Source of the DNA: Trichoplax adhaerens
Taxonomy: Eukaryota > Animalia > Placozoa
Length of the DNA: 64,000 bases
Assembly (NCBI RefSeq): GCF_000150275.1
Contig: NW_002060978.1
Span: 327,611-391,610 of the forward strand
Direction: 5' to 3'
Part shown: piece by piece, positions 14,006-26,958 of the stretch
Layout: every line of letters begins with the position of its first letter
Position numbering within the stretch: position 1 is the first letter of the stretch
Program-made: the position numbers and the translations under genes
Notes under the pieces: model-generated
The model's database searches: none
The model's input: the letters and a program-made list of their open reading frames with translations, nothing else
What the model was told of the DNA's origin: nothing

Positions 14006-15406
14006 CTAATTCACTTTCCAGTGAGGAAAAGTAAATTAGTTAGATATCCTACTTATAGGAGAGCTCAAAGGTCAAATCTCATTTTAAGCATGACTGCCTC
14101 TTTTTATAAGCGTGCTCTAACGTAATTTAAAATATAGCAACGATTTTCCCTATAAAGAAAGTTCGTTCTCCATAGTTTACGCGTAAAGAGGTTTATATCA
14201 TTTCTGACGATAAACTTAAGGAAAAGGTCGGTAGTTTTTCCTTGAATTAATCTTGATAAGTGATTCTAGGTAGACGAAGACCAATATGTATTTCCGGTAT
14301 ATCTTTGTCTTTAGAAGGATATATAGATAGTCGTGACAAATAGATACTGTGGAACTTTAAAGGCGTTGTCCATTGTGATTCTGAATGGAATAAATGGCTC
14401 TTTCTTACTACTTGATCATGTTGAATTTCCCCTTAGAACAGTGATAAATAAAAAGATTTCATCTCGGTAAATGAAATACTGCTTACTTTATGTTGTAAAT
14501 GAAAGATAGTTATTTTAAGTCGTAATGCAGTTATAACATCTCGTAGTTCTTTTTTGTCAGATGCAGTTGTTTAAGTAACTCTACTATAAAAGAATCAATT
14601 AATTGAATGTCTAACATATAATAGATTGACTGTATAATTCTAACAATTGAGACATGATCAATTAGGTGAATAATGAAGTATACAGTTACCATCCTTTCTT
14701 GTATCCTTTTATGAAGTAACTCTCAACTTCAAAGTATGTTTAGAACGAACGCGGAAGTATAATAATTGAAAAGTATAAGTCACGTAATTATCTTTCTTAT
14801 TTGCCAATTTGATACTTATATGAATGCTATTAATTCGAAAGATAAATAAATTCAATGATCTTTGCACTAGAATTTAAGTACACTGCAAACGCGAATTTAA
14901 ATTGATCCTAAGCTTAGAGGCTAGAGAAAAAGTATTGTTTGATCTAAGAATAATTAAAGCGGTAAGAATTTTTTGCAATTACATGGTTTAAGTTCTTAAC
15001 CTTGCCCTTTGGATTGATTAAAAATTATTGAGAATATGTATTGTACTGCATATACGAATCTATAGTATATCTTGAAATGATTTTTATCTAGTGTACTTTA
15101 TCCTCTTCGTAGATAGAAATTCTTAATTATGATCGTCGTCTAAACATCTTCATAGATTCATAATCATCCGAATAATATTTGACCACTAGTTGCTAATACA
15201 TTCTCCTAAGATGAGCTATCGTTAAACATTAAAAATCGTTATATCGTTGTCGAAGCCATTCCAATTTTTTTTTTTACTTTGGAGAAAAAATTGATTTAAC
15301 TTTATATTAGCTATGATATATAGTAGCTTATCTTCATAATTTATTCTACTAATTGAGAAAATTATTATTAAGCTCGCTTAAAATGGATAATGACTGGTAA
15401 TTCTAC

Positions 15407-15958
15407 TGTGATATATACCGATCACGAAATTCCAAATTTTAGAAAAATGAGGGCTTTATTGAATCTTATATAAAGATTAACTACACACAGCTCTACTCTA
15501 GCCGAATGCTACTATTAAAGACTTCTACAACGAACTAACAGAATAATCTAAAGTTGCATGCTTTTATACTTTTCGTAGCATTCGCAGCTACAATCCGCAC
15601 GTCAACCTTTTACCTTATTTTACAGATAGTAAAATTATTCTTAGTAGCACTTTTCTACTGCAGACCATCATTAATCTGATATGGATACGATTACAGTATT
15701 TACGTAGACATTATTCACACCAACCAAAGTACAATGAATTAACCATATCCTAATATATAATTTTTAGTTTTATTTTTACCTATAGCCTTCTTGGTAGCTC
15801 AACACCTTACTGTATATGGTCATATGTACTCCAGCATAGAGTCTATACCACTACAGTCTATAGTTATGGCTACCAAGTATCTCTTAGGATAAGTATCTAC
15901 CGTACATTATACTAAACATGGCTAACAGTCTACAAGCACAATACTAAGTTACATTACA
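15407..15958 (-). mobile_element. Solo-LTR-like element, family A (A2)
   Basis: Reverse complement of family A with intact TG...CA ends. Flanks tctac/tttac. Confidence 0.88.
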
Positions 15959-17644
15959 TTTACAAAACCCAGGTAATTAAAGTAACGGTTCCTAAAGGTA
16001 GTCATGTTAAATCTGGATGTTGCTTGTTTCTTCGGATTGGGAGTTCATTCTATCTATGCTTTTGTTCGTGGTCTTTTTATTAATAAATTCGTGATCAAAG
16101 AAAAGTCCTTTAGTTCATGAGACTCTCATAGCAATTATTTAAAAGTTCATCTTCTTTCAGAATTACGTAAGGTCGTTATTCTTGATAAGTATTTCGAAGA
16201 ATATCATAGTTGAAACGGATTAACGTGGCCATGATGCTCATAGTCAAACTGATATGCTGATAATTTTTGACTTCAATTTATAGCGTACGCGAATGTAACT
16301 GATATCTAAAATCTTTAAGGAGGTTTCAAAGGATTCGATAGACGATACTCATTATTCGATTCACTGTTTTATTAAGATCTGTAACTTAGTTTTTTAAATT
16401 AATTTATTGAAAATAATCGTAATTATCTTGTATTCCATTGTGTAATACAGTAAGATAGCAATCCAACTTCCAGATAGAAAGTGATTGATATTCTTAGATA
16501 TTACGTGATTAAGGATTGGGACAAGTGTGTCGTTCATCGTACTACTGAAGTCTATAATTAATTTATTGGGCATAACTAGTGTTCTATGTTATCTTTCAAA
16601 TACCTGAATACTATAATCCAATAAAAAGTTCTACTGTGCCAGTATGTACAAATTGCAGTATCGTGTTATAACGGCAATATAGTCTCGCTATTGACTAGAC
16701 ACAACTTCCTTTGAGTTTAATATTAATTCCAGATTGTCTGCAATTGTAATGAAAGGAAAGTGTAGAGATCAAGTTACAAAACTTTAACAAACTTTAAAAA
16801 AAATGGAGAGAAGTATAAACCGAACAACATTACAAATACTTAGCTTTAACTATTAATAAAATAAGTCACAGACTTAAAAACTGTCAACGACCAAACAACC
16901 TTTCAAAAAGAAGAAAGTTTTAACTTGCGATAATTCGATCCCGAAGGCCTTTTAAATTCAACAAGTTTTTCAAATAAAATCTTCTTCTACTCTCCCTCTA
17001 AATTTTCTAGTTGCACCATCATTTATAGGCTTCTTAGAGCCGTCAGAGGTATTTAAAACTAAACAATTGCTAACCTATCGCTCTCAAGATCCGTTTTAGA
17101 AACCTACTTTGCACCATGTAAGAAAACAAAAATCATTCAAAGTTCAGACACAATTTACCCTACGATTCCCTACAAAACACTATAAAACTAACAAGCTAAC
17201 TATAAAAATACATCAAATTTCACTTCTAACATAATTTCTATCATTAATTCGCTACACTATAAAAATCTAAAAATCAACCTTTAAACATCAAGATTTAGTC
17301 ATCAAAATAACATTCTAACTACTTAACAATCAACGCAACCTCTGCTAATTTCCACCTTATTTTCCATTTTTCTAACTAAACTTTCCTAATGTGACTTTCA
17401 AGTCACATCATAAAATTCCTAAGCTTCAAATTCATAACAAAAAGTTCAAATTTAAAAAATCAGCTCTTACGATATTTTTCATAAACTAAAATTCAAAATT
17501 ACAACAGAAAAATTATATCAGACATGAATTAAAACAGGAAAATTATATCAGACCTAAATCCGACCGGTTCCGGAATCCGAAAAATTCGGTTCTTATAAAG
17601 ATCACAGTAATCGCTTATCAAAAAAATTTATATGACTATTACGA

Positions 17645-18357
17645 TGTCACGGTACGAACTACCGTGAAGAAATAGCTATCTAAATTTGGTTAATATAATA
17701 TAGCGATAATATGTTTGAAGATTCCTATTTAGTTCGTTAGTCGGTTAGATAGTCAACTAGTTTTTTCAATTGATATTTAATTGTAAAGACTATAATCTTG
17801 GGTGCCAAGATTCCTTCAGTAATAAATGATAGTAAATCTCTGACTATCTCGTCTACATCATCTGTGACGCTATAATTATACCATAGTGTTCGGTCGTTGG
17901 AACTGAATTATTTGATGATATAGCTAATCTCGCCTCTTTAAGTTAGTAAGTGGCGTTCTCCGCAAGGATTGGCGTGTGTAGACTACTTTGTCACTAGTGG
18001 TGTGTGACAATGTTACAACTAGTTACTTAAAGTAGGAATTATTCTAATTATAAATTTGTTACAGTAAATTTAATGCTGTGCTGTAATATGTACTGAAATG
18101 ATTCTGTGAATGGACATATTGTAGTCCGACTGTGAAAAATTAGTTAGTAGATGTTCTCACCTAAGTAATTTTATAAGATGACTTGTGAATGTTAGCTGCT
18201 GTAGAAGGGTATATAAGCCCATCAGATAGTTGAATAAAGCAGTTCTCAATTGTCTAGTTAAGTTTAACGTAGAATCAAAGGCGTCTAAATTCTTGTGAGG
18301 TAGTTAAGGGATACTGAATCCCGGAGACTATCGTAATTTAAAGATTTGTTTTACGTT
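17645..18357 (+). mobile_element. Solo-LTR-like element, family B (B1), 3'-truncated and nested in C1
   Basis: Starts TGTCACGGTACGAACTACCGTGAAG and matches 28748..29190. TATATAA at 18210, AATAAA at 18233. The last ~30 bp and the right TSD are missing; family C sequence resumes at about 18359. Confidence 0.88.
17716..18009 (+). mobile_element. 294-bp TG...CA element (family F) nested in B1, 5-bp TSD ATGTT
   Basis: Absent from the other two B copies. Flanks atgtt/atgtt. Ends in TGTCAC-n9-GTGACA like family B. AATAAA at 17821. Confidence 0.8.
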
Positions 18358-19690
18358 CTACTTTTCTGACTTTAGTATCGCTGAGTATTCGCGAGTATTG
18401 ACAGTTAATGTTTTAGCGTCAGATTGTACGGTAACTGTACGATTATAGACTACATTACAGTACTTTACCGTCATGTTATAAATCCCCTTTCTTTATGGAT
18501 AGGATTTTGCTACTAAGTCAAATTCCTTTATAATTTGAATAGACGATCAAATACCCTTTCTTTAGATTAGGCAATTGCTCTCGGGCTACTTCTATAGTAA
18601 TCTCTATATAATACCTTGTAAAATAATGAAGAAGAAAAGATGACGACATGATGATTTGGCTGGGTAAAACTTAAAAACACTATCACTTTCTAGGTATTTT
18701 CTGTAGTAAAATAGTACTAGTTACATACAAAAGCTATAGAGTACTCTACTTTTAGTCCTTTACTACACAATAATAGATTTCAACTAAGCTACTGTATCTT
18801 ATAAGCGATTCTCTAGGCTAAAGATAATCTAATTTAATGAAGTTAGTGGAATAAAAGCACATATTTTTCGATATAAAATATAATGTAGAGAAATAATTAT
18901 ATCAGAACTTTGATCGAGTAATTCTACTGTAGTTAATTATGATGAATTTCAAAGGATTTCTAGGGTCGAAAATTCTTGTGGCAGGTAGCTTAAAAAATTC
19001 ACGTCTATGATTTATCATTAGAAATAAGTTAGCTAGGTAAATTTAATCATATCTAATTAAAGAACCTAGCCGATCCATATTTAATCTTAAGAAATTTAAT
19101 TCTAAAATAATAAATTGTCCAAGTCAAGATGAAATTAAAAAAGCTTTATCTATGAGGTTTTAGAAAGGTAGAGGTATAACTCAATAACAAGTATTTAAGA
19201 TAATATACCCTTAGCCGGATAGAATCATCGGTTGCTATTTGTAATTTTTAGATACATAACGGCAACAATGCTGCTTTTAATCTTGTAACAAACGCCATGG
19301 AAACAATTTTACTCAAATACGAAATTAAATTATCCTAACACACGAATCTATCTACTGCAGATAAAATTACGAATTTATAGTATTAATATGAATGACTAAC
19401 TAAAATTAAATTATCTAATTCAAATCGAGCTATCAACAAAATCAATACGTGACTTATCGGTACTTCAATTATTATTTGTTAACAAATACCATTCTTAGTA
19501 AAATTTATATCTATAAATGAAGATAACAAGTAAACTTTCATGATATTTCTGCAAAGCCGTAACGGATAGAGTAGCATCATTTCATTTACATCTTTATTTA
19601 AATCAGTCATAAGAAAGCTAGCATAATCTTACTTTCTGACTTTGTTGATATAATTTAATTTTAGATAGAAATTATTAAATTCTTGCTGCC

Positions 19691-20875
19691 ATGGATCGGT
19701 ATGCTAATGTATCCAAGGATATATGCCATGTAGAATGTCTTCTGCATAAATTAATGGGAAACATTTCTGATGGTGAAGAAATCTTCCGTCGAGGTCAATT
19801 GGCTATTGCTGGCATATACATTTTCATAGGCATCTTGGGACTGATTTTAAATACTGTTACTATTGTGATTTACGCTATAAAATTTCGGACGAAAATTACG
19901 ACTTTTCATACTTTAATAATGAATCTTGCATTATCAGATACTCTATGCACTATAGCTATTATTTTGCTTGGAGCTAAGACTATTCTCATTGACATGAGTT
20001 CGCGTTCTCAGCCTATTGATACTTTGAAGGCAGCACTGTCTGCAAATAACGCGATTTGCAAGTTCAGTTACGTTATTTTCTATATGACTAACTCCGTATC
20101 TACGCTAACTATAACTGGAATGGCCGTTGTACGATATATGTCTTTACTTGCAAGAAATATTACTGAATATCAGACATACAACGCAAAGCCAAGGAGAAGA
20201 ATTTTCGTTCTGATTATAATATGGGCCTTAGCCATTAGCAGTGCAATTCCAGTTTTCAGAATTGTCGAACTAACTCCTGGAGTTAAAGTTCGCTGCTTTT
20301 TCGCAAATTATCATGATGAAGGCTGCTTTTATAATTTGGGCTACATTATTTCGATTACAATACTTTTATGCATTATTCCTATGGTAACGCTACTGTACTG
20401 CTATATTTATTTAGCTAAATTTTTATTCCGACAGCAAACAGAAAGGAGGGAATCTTTCAGTGAAGCGAATCTAAACTCGACTGCTTTTCGTACTCGTAGT
20501 ATTAAGGAAAGACGAGCAGCAATATTAGTAATCAGTGTTACAATTATATTTATTTCGACTTCGATTCCTTTTATAGTTTATCAGTGGATCATTTCTGTTA
20601 GTCAATGTAATGCCGATGAAATATTAATTTTCTGGATGTATAAGAGTTCATCGAACTGGATATTTTATGAAATTGCTCATTTGTTATTTATATTGCCTCC
20701 TATATTGAATCCTATATGCTATACATGCTTTAATAGTAATTTTCACAACGCTTGCCGATCAGTACTAAAGAATAGAAGGCTTACCAGAGAATCTCAGTCA
20801 TCGACTAAATCAAGCTTATTGAACATTTTAGACCGCCTTATTTTCTATGCGGAGAAATTAAAAAGAGCAAAATAA
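19691..20875 (+). CDS. Class A orphan GPCR, CNADE subfamily member 3, 394 aa
   Basis: NLALSD, VRY in place of DRY, CNADE, YEIAH, NPICY. ATG context gccATGg. Confidence 0.95.
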   Translation: MDRYANVSKDICHVECLLHKLMGNISDGEEIFRRGQLAIAGIYIFIGILGLILNTVTIVIYAIKFRTKITTFHTLIMNLALSDTLCTIAIILLGAKTILIDMSSRSQPIDTLKAALSANNAICKFSYVIFYMTNSVSTLTITGMAVVRYMSLLARNITEYQTYNAKPRRRIFVLIIIWALAISSAIPVFRIVELTPGVKVRCFFANYHDEGCFYNLGYIISITILLCIIPMVTLLYCYIYLAKFLFRQQTERRESFSEANLNSTAFRTRSIKERRAAILVISVTIIFISTSIPFIVYQWIISVSQCNADEILIFWMYKSSSNWIFYEIAHLLFILPPILNPICYTCFNSNFHNACRSVLKNRRLTRESQSSTKSSLLNILDRLIFYAEKLKRAK

Positions 20876-23800
20876 CCTAAATAGAAATTAATATGGTTTA
20901 TAAAAGCATTACTGTAATTTCCGCTAATCGTGAATTTATTAAGCTAATTACCATAATTAATAAATTTTTAATTTTCCTTATAAAAAAGCTGTAGTCGTAG
21001 TTATGTTGTTATTAGTTCTTGTAAAAGCTATTCAAGCTATTTAGAATTAAAGTGAATGAAATATTCAGGGTGATATTTTACAAGATTAAGATATTGAACG
21101 AATATTACCCGAAAGTTATAATTTTTAAAGCGCTGTGATTTGGGCATTAATGATTACTTTTGAATAATATAATAAATATAATTATTCAATTTATTTACCA
21201 ATGCATTCATAATTGATTTCATGTCCATAACTAATAGATAATGAGAGGCATAAAACAAGGTTGCTTGGGTTACTAATATTGTTTGGTTTATTACAAATTA
21301 TGTTATGAACATATGCATTATTTTTTGTACCTTATATATATATTTTTATACATTGAAGTATAGGGGTGAAATAAATAAAAATTTGTGCAACTTTTTGATT
21401 TAAAATGATGAATTAATACTTTTCAATTGAAATAGTAATAATTTCTCATTTGTTATAAACAAGAATATAAATAAAATTTGTTATTACTTCATGCGTATTT
21501 AAAAAAGATACCAATCGTGATAGATTTATAATGATACTTTCACTAAGAACGAAAAAAGGCTTGTAATAATTTATAGCTAAGTTGCTTGTAGCCAAAAAAT
21601 TACTTGGAAAAATGTCATGGACAACCGCTTCCGATTTCTACTTCTTGGATTCGATTGTAATGTATAAAGATTTATTGCATCGCCTTCACCTGTTAATATA
21701 CTGCCTGTTGAAAAATTTAGACCTTCTATTAATCTGCCTAAAGAATTAATTTAGCAATATCTGATTGCACGACTTAAATTTGAGAGTCTGCCTCTCATTA
21801 GATTTCGCATAGCAGAAATTGTATTCTCCAATATTTAAAAGATTGAAATGCATAGAATTAATAACGTAGCGTATTGTAACTTATGACGCAATATTAAGAA
21901 ACATTTCATGAGTCTAAAGAAAAATTTGCGAATTAAAAAGATGCCTAATCAGGCATAGTGGAGTATGTTATATCTCATATGTATTTTGCTGGAAAAGCAT
22001 GATTACTTGTATGAGTAGAAACAAGGCTTTAGATTCTCTCATATTATGCTTTCATTTATGCTAATACAATATTGTACTTCGTCATTATTTGCCATATGGC
22101 TTAGATTAATCCTGATGAGGAAGCAAAATTGAGTTGAAAGCAAATGTGAAATATTTGAAAGAAATTTTATAATTTGATTGACTTGTTTCTTGATATGAAA
22201 GGTTTATTGAATAATGGCGGATTAAATACTTTTTATACGCCTGTTTTAAGAGCCCAGGTAATATTATCTAGAAGTAAAAAGCTAAGCATCATGCAGAATA
22301 TTCATTGAAGGAACGATATTCTTTATTGCTATCTATTCTTAATACATTAGGAAAGTAGACGAGTGTAAAACTATGATGACTGATTTAAACAATTCCTCTA
22401 TTATTCTTACATGCAGAATACGTAGACATACCTACTGCTTTGAAAACGCTAACAATGACAAGGTCAATACTGTTTAATGCAAAATAGATTTTGCAATTCA
22501 ATTATCAGTGTATGATTTTACATTATTAATTTGATTAAAGAATTGCATGGATAAATCATAGCTTTCAATTACACGCCTTGTAATCGTCTATGTGTTATAG
22601 TAAAGACCTGTAAATAAAGTACAATAGTCATTTTACTCTTATTTTAACCAAAAACAATTTTTTTCGCTAGATTTTTTACTTTGGACAAGTTAATAATTTT
22701 CGTTTCTACCTGAAACTAAAATTTATTAAGCTTCAATTACCATATATATGTGATTGTAGTCTTGCTATGTTGTGTTTATTTTATCGTAAATCACAGATTA
22801 TTTCTCAACCAGCAAAACTTAATCACAGAATTTTTAAGCTTTATTATTTTGATATTATTGCAATAACTAAAGATTTCGATGAACAGGTCTCTTAAATTAT
22901 GGCATATAAGTTTAACTACTACTCGGTAGCTTAATATGTTGATAATAATAGCACGTATATTCAATTCATTCTTATTGACTAATTTTACATCCAAAAAAAG
23001 CTGTAATAATTATTTATCATTTAAATACCATAAAGATTAGTTTATATAACCTTTAGATTTACTTTATGATGGAGTATGCTTAGTTGAGCCTGGCTTTAAA
23101 CTTATCTATATTTGTGTTAGCAGTACTCTTCATAACCCATAAAATTCCCGTTATTTATTACTCCTGATCAAATATATAAAAGCGATACGCTTTCTTGAGA
23201 CTGTTTATGTTCTATAAATGTTGAAGGAGGTTTAAGACTAACTAGCCGTAAGCATAATTTAACTAAGCCTTAGTAAAAGGTAGCAGCAAGACCGTTATGA
23301 TCTCTACCGTAAGAAAATCAAGAATGCTCGCAGGTGTAAGCAAACTTCCTTAATTATGGGCACCAAAAGCTTATAACTTTTGAATAGCAATCCTTCAAAG
23401 ATATTACGGAAATTGAGTGTAAGAAGAAGCAAAACTGCACTTAGTTCAATAGTGCAAAAATTTGAAACAGAATACTTTTCCTCTGCTAAATAGAGGTGGG
23501 TAGATAAAAAGACGACTTTTAGGCATGTTTCATGGAGGCATTTATTGTATCCTTTTCTACACCCTCTCTTAGATACATTTAATAATAATACAATTCTAGT
23601 ATATACTACTGTGGATGGCTTTTTCACAAAGACTTTATACGACTGTAAATCTCTTCATCGCTAAAATTATTCTTGAATATCAACTTCGTGACCAAAATTG
23701 CTATGTAATGTTGATTTGAAACTCGATGTGACTCAGTATTATCATATAGTAATGTAGGTAATTGTGGCAATCTACCATATGTTTACATAAGTTTTCAGCT

Positions 23801-25679
23801 TTCAATTGCACAATTTGTTAAGTAATGATCACCAGGTCATCAAATGCCAATTATATTTATATAGCTTCTTTACTGTATTTTGATCTATAAAGCTGGAAAG
23901 CTTTGAAGTAACAGGACATTTTGAGTAACCAAAGAGTGTTCCTTTACCTTATTAAAGATCCTGTGTAATCTTCCTGCAGACACGAATTTTTTGAAAGAGT
24001 TGTATGTATACCTAGTAAAGATCTTGTGGACAGGTTTATTGCTAAATAATTTATGGTAAGATTGGGAAAAATAAATTAATTGTAATTTATTATCAGCGGA
24101 GGCGGCAATTGTTTTCATTATAGCTAATTTTGATTTGAACTTTCGCTTGGGTGTTGCAATCGTAGATAGCAGTAAAGATAATTCGTAAGCTAAATTTTAT
24201 TCGATAAAAAGCATTTTTTTACTATAACATTTCCTTGATAAATATTATAAGTCTTCCGCATTTAAAAAATCTATCTTAATTTTCGCGAAATATTAATATC
24301 GGGTTCGTCATATATACCTTTCATAGAGAGCCCTTTAATGCGGTAGATTTCTCTTACATTAAACAATAAGAGAGATGATGATTATAAATTTTGCCACACT
24401 CGGTTTGCTGTAATCATGTAAATTGCTTGCCGATGAACGTCATTTAAGTCTCTAAAAGTAATATCAATTCTTAGTATAGTTATGCAAATTGCTAATATCT
24501 TATTGAAATTGCTTTGTTTACAAGAAATATATTAATTGAGGAAGATTAGGATTTGGAAACAAATGTTTATCGATTAGCGGTCATTTACCTTATAATGATT
24601 TTAAAGTTATCAGTTCGGTTTCACTACTGCTTGATCAGTATTTGTGTAATGCTTATCTCTAATCAGATATTGCAGTTTGTATGGGGTAATCGTTAATTAC
24701 TAGAGTAAAAGTTGGTCATCTTTAACCCAAATTTAAAAATACATCTTCGTAGGCCCACGCTATTTTAAGATTTGAGGCTTAAATAGACCATAAACTCATA
24801 ATATTAATTTCTATAAATAAAAATTTAGTTTTATAGTTAAAAAGCTGCCCGAATAGATATTGTCATAAATTTTCAAAATTAAATAAACGTTCAAATACTT
24901 TAAAGATTCATAATATTAAAGTTACTGTTGATTCTGATTAACGAACTGAAAAATATGAAATTCTAGAAATGTTCTTGCGTCTTTTCAGTATTCGATGGGA
25001 TGATGTCTAGTAATTATAACATGCTAAACATATTTAGATAATATTTAACAATCACTGCAAGGTAGTTCATAAGCGGTATCGATATTTTCGTATATGGGAT
25101 TAGAACTAGTATATTCTTTAAATGTGTAACCAAGAATGGTGCAAAAAATAGATCGATAATTTTAATACCAATCTGTATTTCTATCTTTTTCGTGATGGAA
25201 ATACTCAATTTGGAAATTAATTTAATTTCATCACGGAAATATTTCTAGGATTATAGAGGAAAACTTTGTATAAATAGATAATTCGATTTGTATTACAATA
25301 CTGTTAAAGGTATCTTGATACTAGGTAGTGAATCACTATAACATAACCCTTTTTTACTACTTAATTTGCTATGAAAGAAATTTTACGACGCCGTTGAACT
25401 TTACCGTTTATATAATGCTATGCTACGTTTTGAGGTGTCATTCTCGTGATCGCAAAAAAAACTAATATTCAACCTGACGTCGCAGCGAATTAATAAACTG
25501 CCATATGTTTCAAAGTAAACAATGAAATTTAACGCAATCAAATATTTGCGAGCTAAAATTTTTTGTTGCTTTTTGAACTTTTAATAAAATTGCTAAGAAA
25601 CAAGGTCTATTTATCTACTTGTTTCCTTATGTATATCCTGCTATTTGAAACTATACCGCATACCACACATACGTTATAT

Positions 25680-26079
25680 TGGAATGCAACCGATCACTAA
25701 ATTTCAAATTTAGTAGGAAATTAGAACTTTATTAGATCTTTGTACAAAGATAATTTATAGACAGCTCTACTCTACTTGAATATAACTACAAGAAAGATTT
25801 TCTAGACTGAAGAACTGAATCTGAAGTTGCTTACTTAAATAATCTATAGCAATAGTACCTACAGTCTGCATAACATTATTCTAACATATTTTAAAAATTA
25901 TCTGATTATTGTTAGTGACAAAATTTTATAGCAGATCATCTATAATCGAACATCATAACTGCTACAATAATTTCGTCGACATTATTTTTACCAGACAAAA
26001 ACATGATAAACTAAGCATATCCTAACGTATTATATTAACATTGCAAATAGTCTACCAACCAATGCTAAGTTACGTTACA
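25680..26079 (-). mobile_element. Old, internally deleted family A-related solo LTR (A5)
   Basis: Both ends align with the family A reverse complement (ccgatcac..aaatt; aatgctaagttacgttaca). Flanks tatat/tgtat. Confidence 0.65.
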
Positions 26080-26958
26080 TGTATAGCGAATATATTGCTT
26101 CCAAAGCTGGAGCACCAGTAATACATTTTGTACCTAAAGCAACGGTTACGATGGTTAATGTTATGTTCAATTAATTTCCATATTAGGGATTATTACTGGT
26201 TATGCTCACCATTTTAGGGGTAACTACTGTCGAGAGATTATGTTTTAAAACATATTTACTGTTGTCGTGGCTTTATTAACTTACCTAACAATTATAGAGT
26301 ATCGATGTATCAAATATACTATTATAAAAAGGAGATATAATAGAAAAAAGAGGAATTTTCGGCTTATGCTAAGTTTGAAGGAGTCTTTAAGTTGCTCGTA
26401 AGCAATTTGTTATTTATTGTTACTCGTTGCTGACGTAAAAGTAAAGGAGATTTCTTTTAAGTTTAACTTGCAGTTGTGACAGTTAATATCTAGTCAAATC
26501 ACAAAACTTCCAGCTATAGCCAGATATTATAGCCAGGAAATTAAAATTTTATACCTTAACGGGCTATTATATAGTATATAATAGCCTAGTATAATTTGTC
26601 TATGATTATATTGATGATTAGCTAGTCGCAATACTAGTATACCGTTCACCAGCTGTCATAGCTATATTAAGGTGGAAGAAATTGTTAATATTCGCTTTAC
26701 AAAGCGATTTGGTATTTCTAAAATGATTGACTACAAAAAGATTAACTTAAGCATCTTTAAAGTTAATAAAAAGAGTTTATAGTAATTTAGATAGATATAT
26801 TTAATGGATAAGCTCATACTAGTTAGTTTTTGGCTTGTAAAAAGACTTCAGTATTTCTTTTTAATCGTAGCAATAAGTAAGAAATTTTTTCTTAGTATGA
26901 TTCAACTTGACTTTAAATTACTGTAATATTTAGATAATATCATTAAAAGCTGGCTAGG

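Larger units (their letters stand above)
16745..18767. mobile_element. Family C element (C1), 4-bp TSD CAAT, interrupted by nested family B and F elements
   Basis: Runs TGTAATGAAA...CTTTACTACA, homologous to 48579..49951 and 55336..56141. Flanks caat/caat. Confidence 0.9.

Noticed and set aside
21600-23660. Possible decayed coding sequence between GPCR 3 and GPCR 4
   Set aside because: Frames are somewhat stop-poor, but I could not recognise any GPCR or transposon motif; it needs a translated search.
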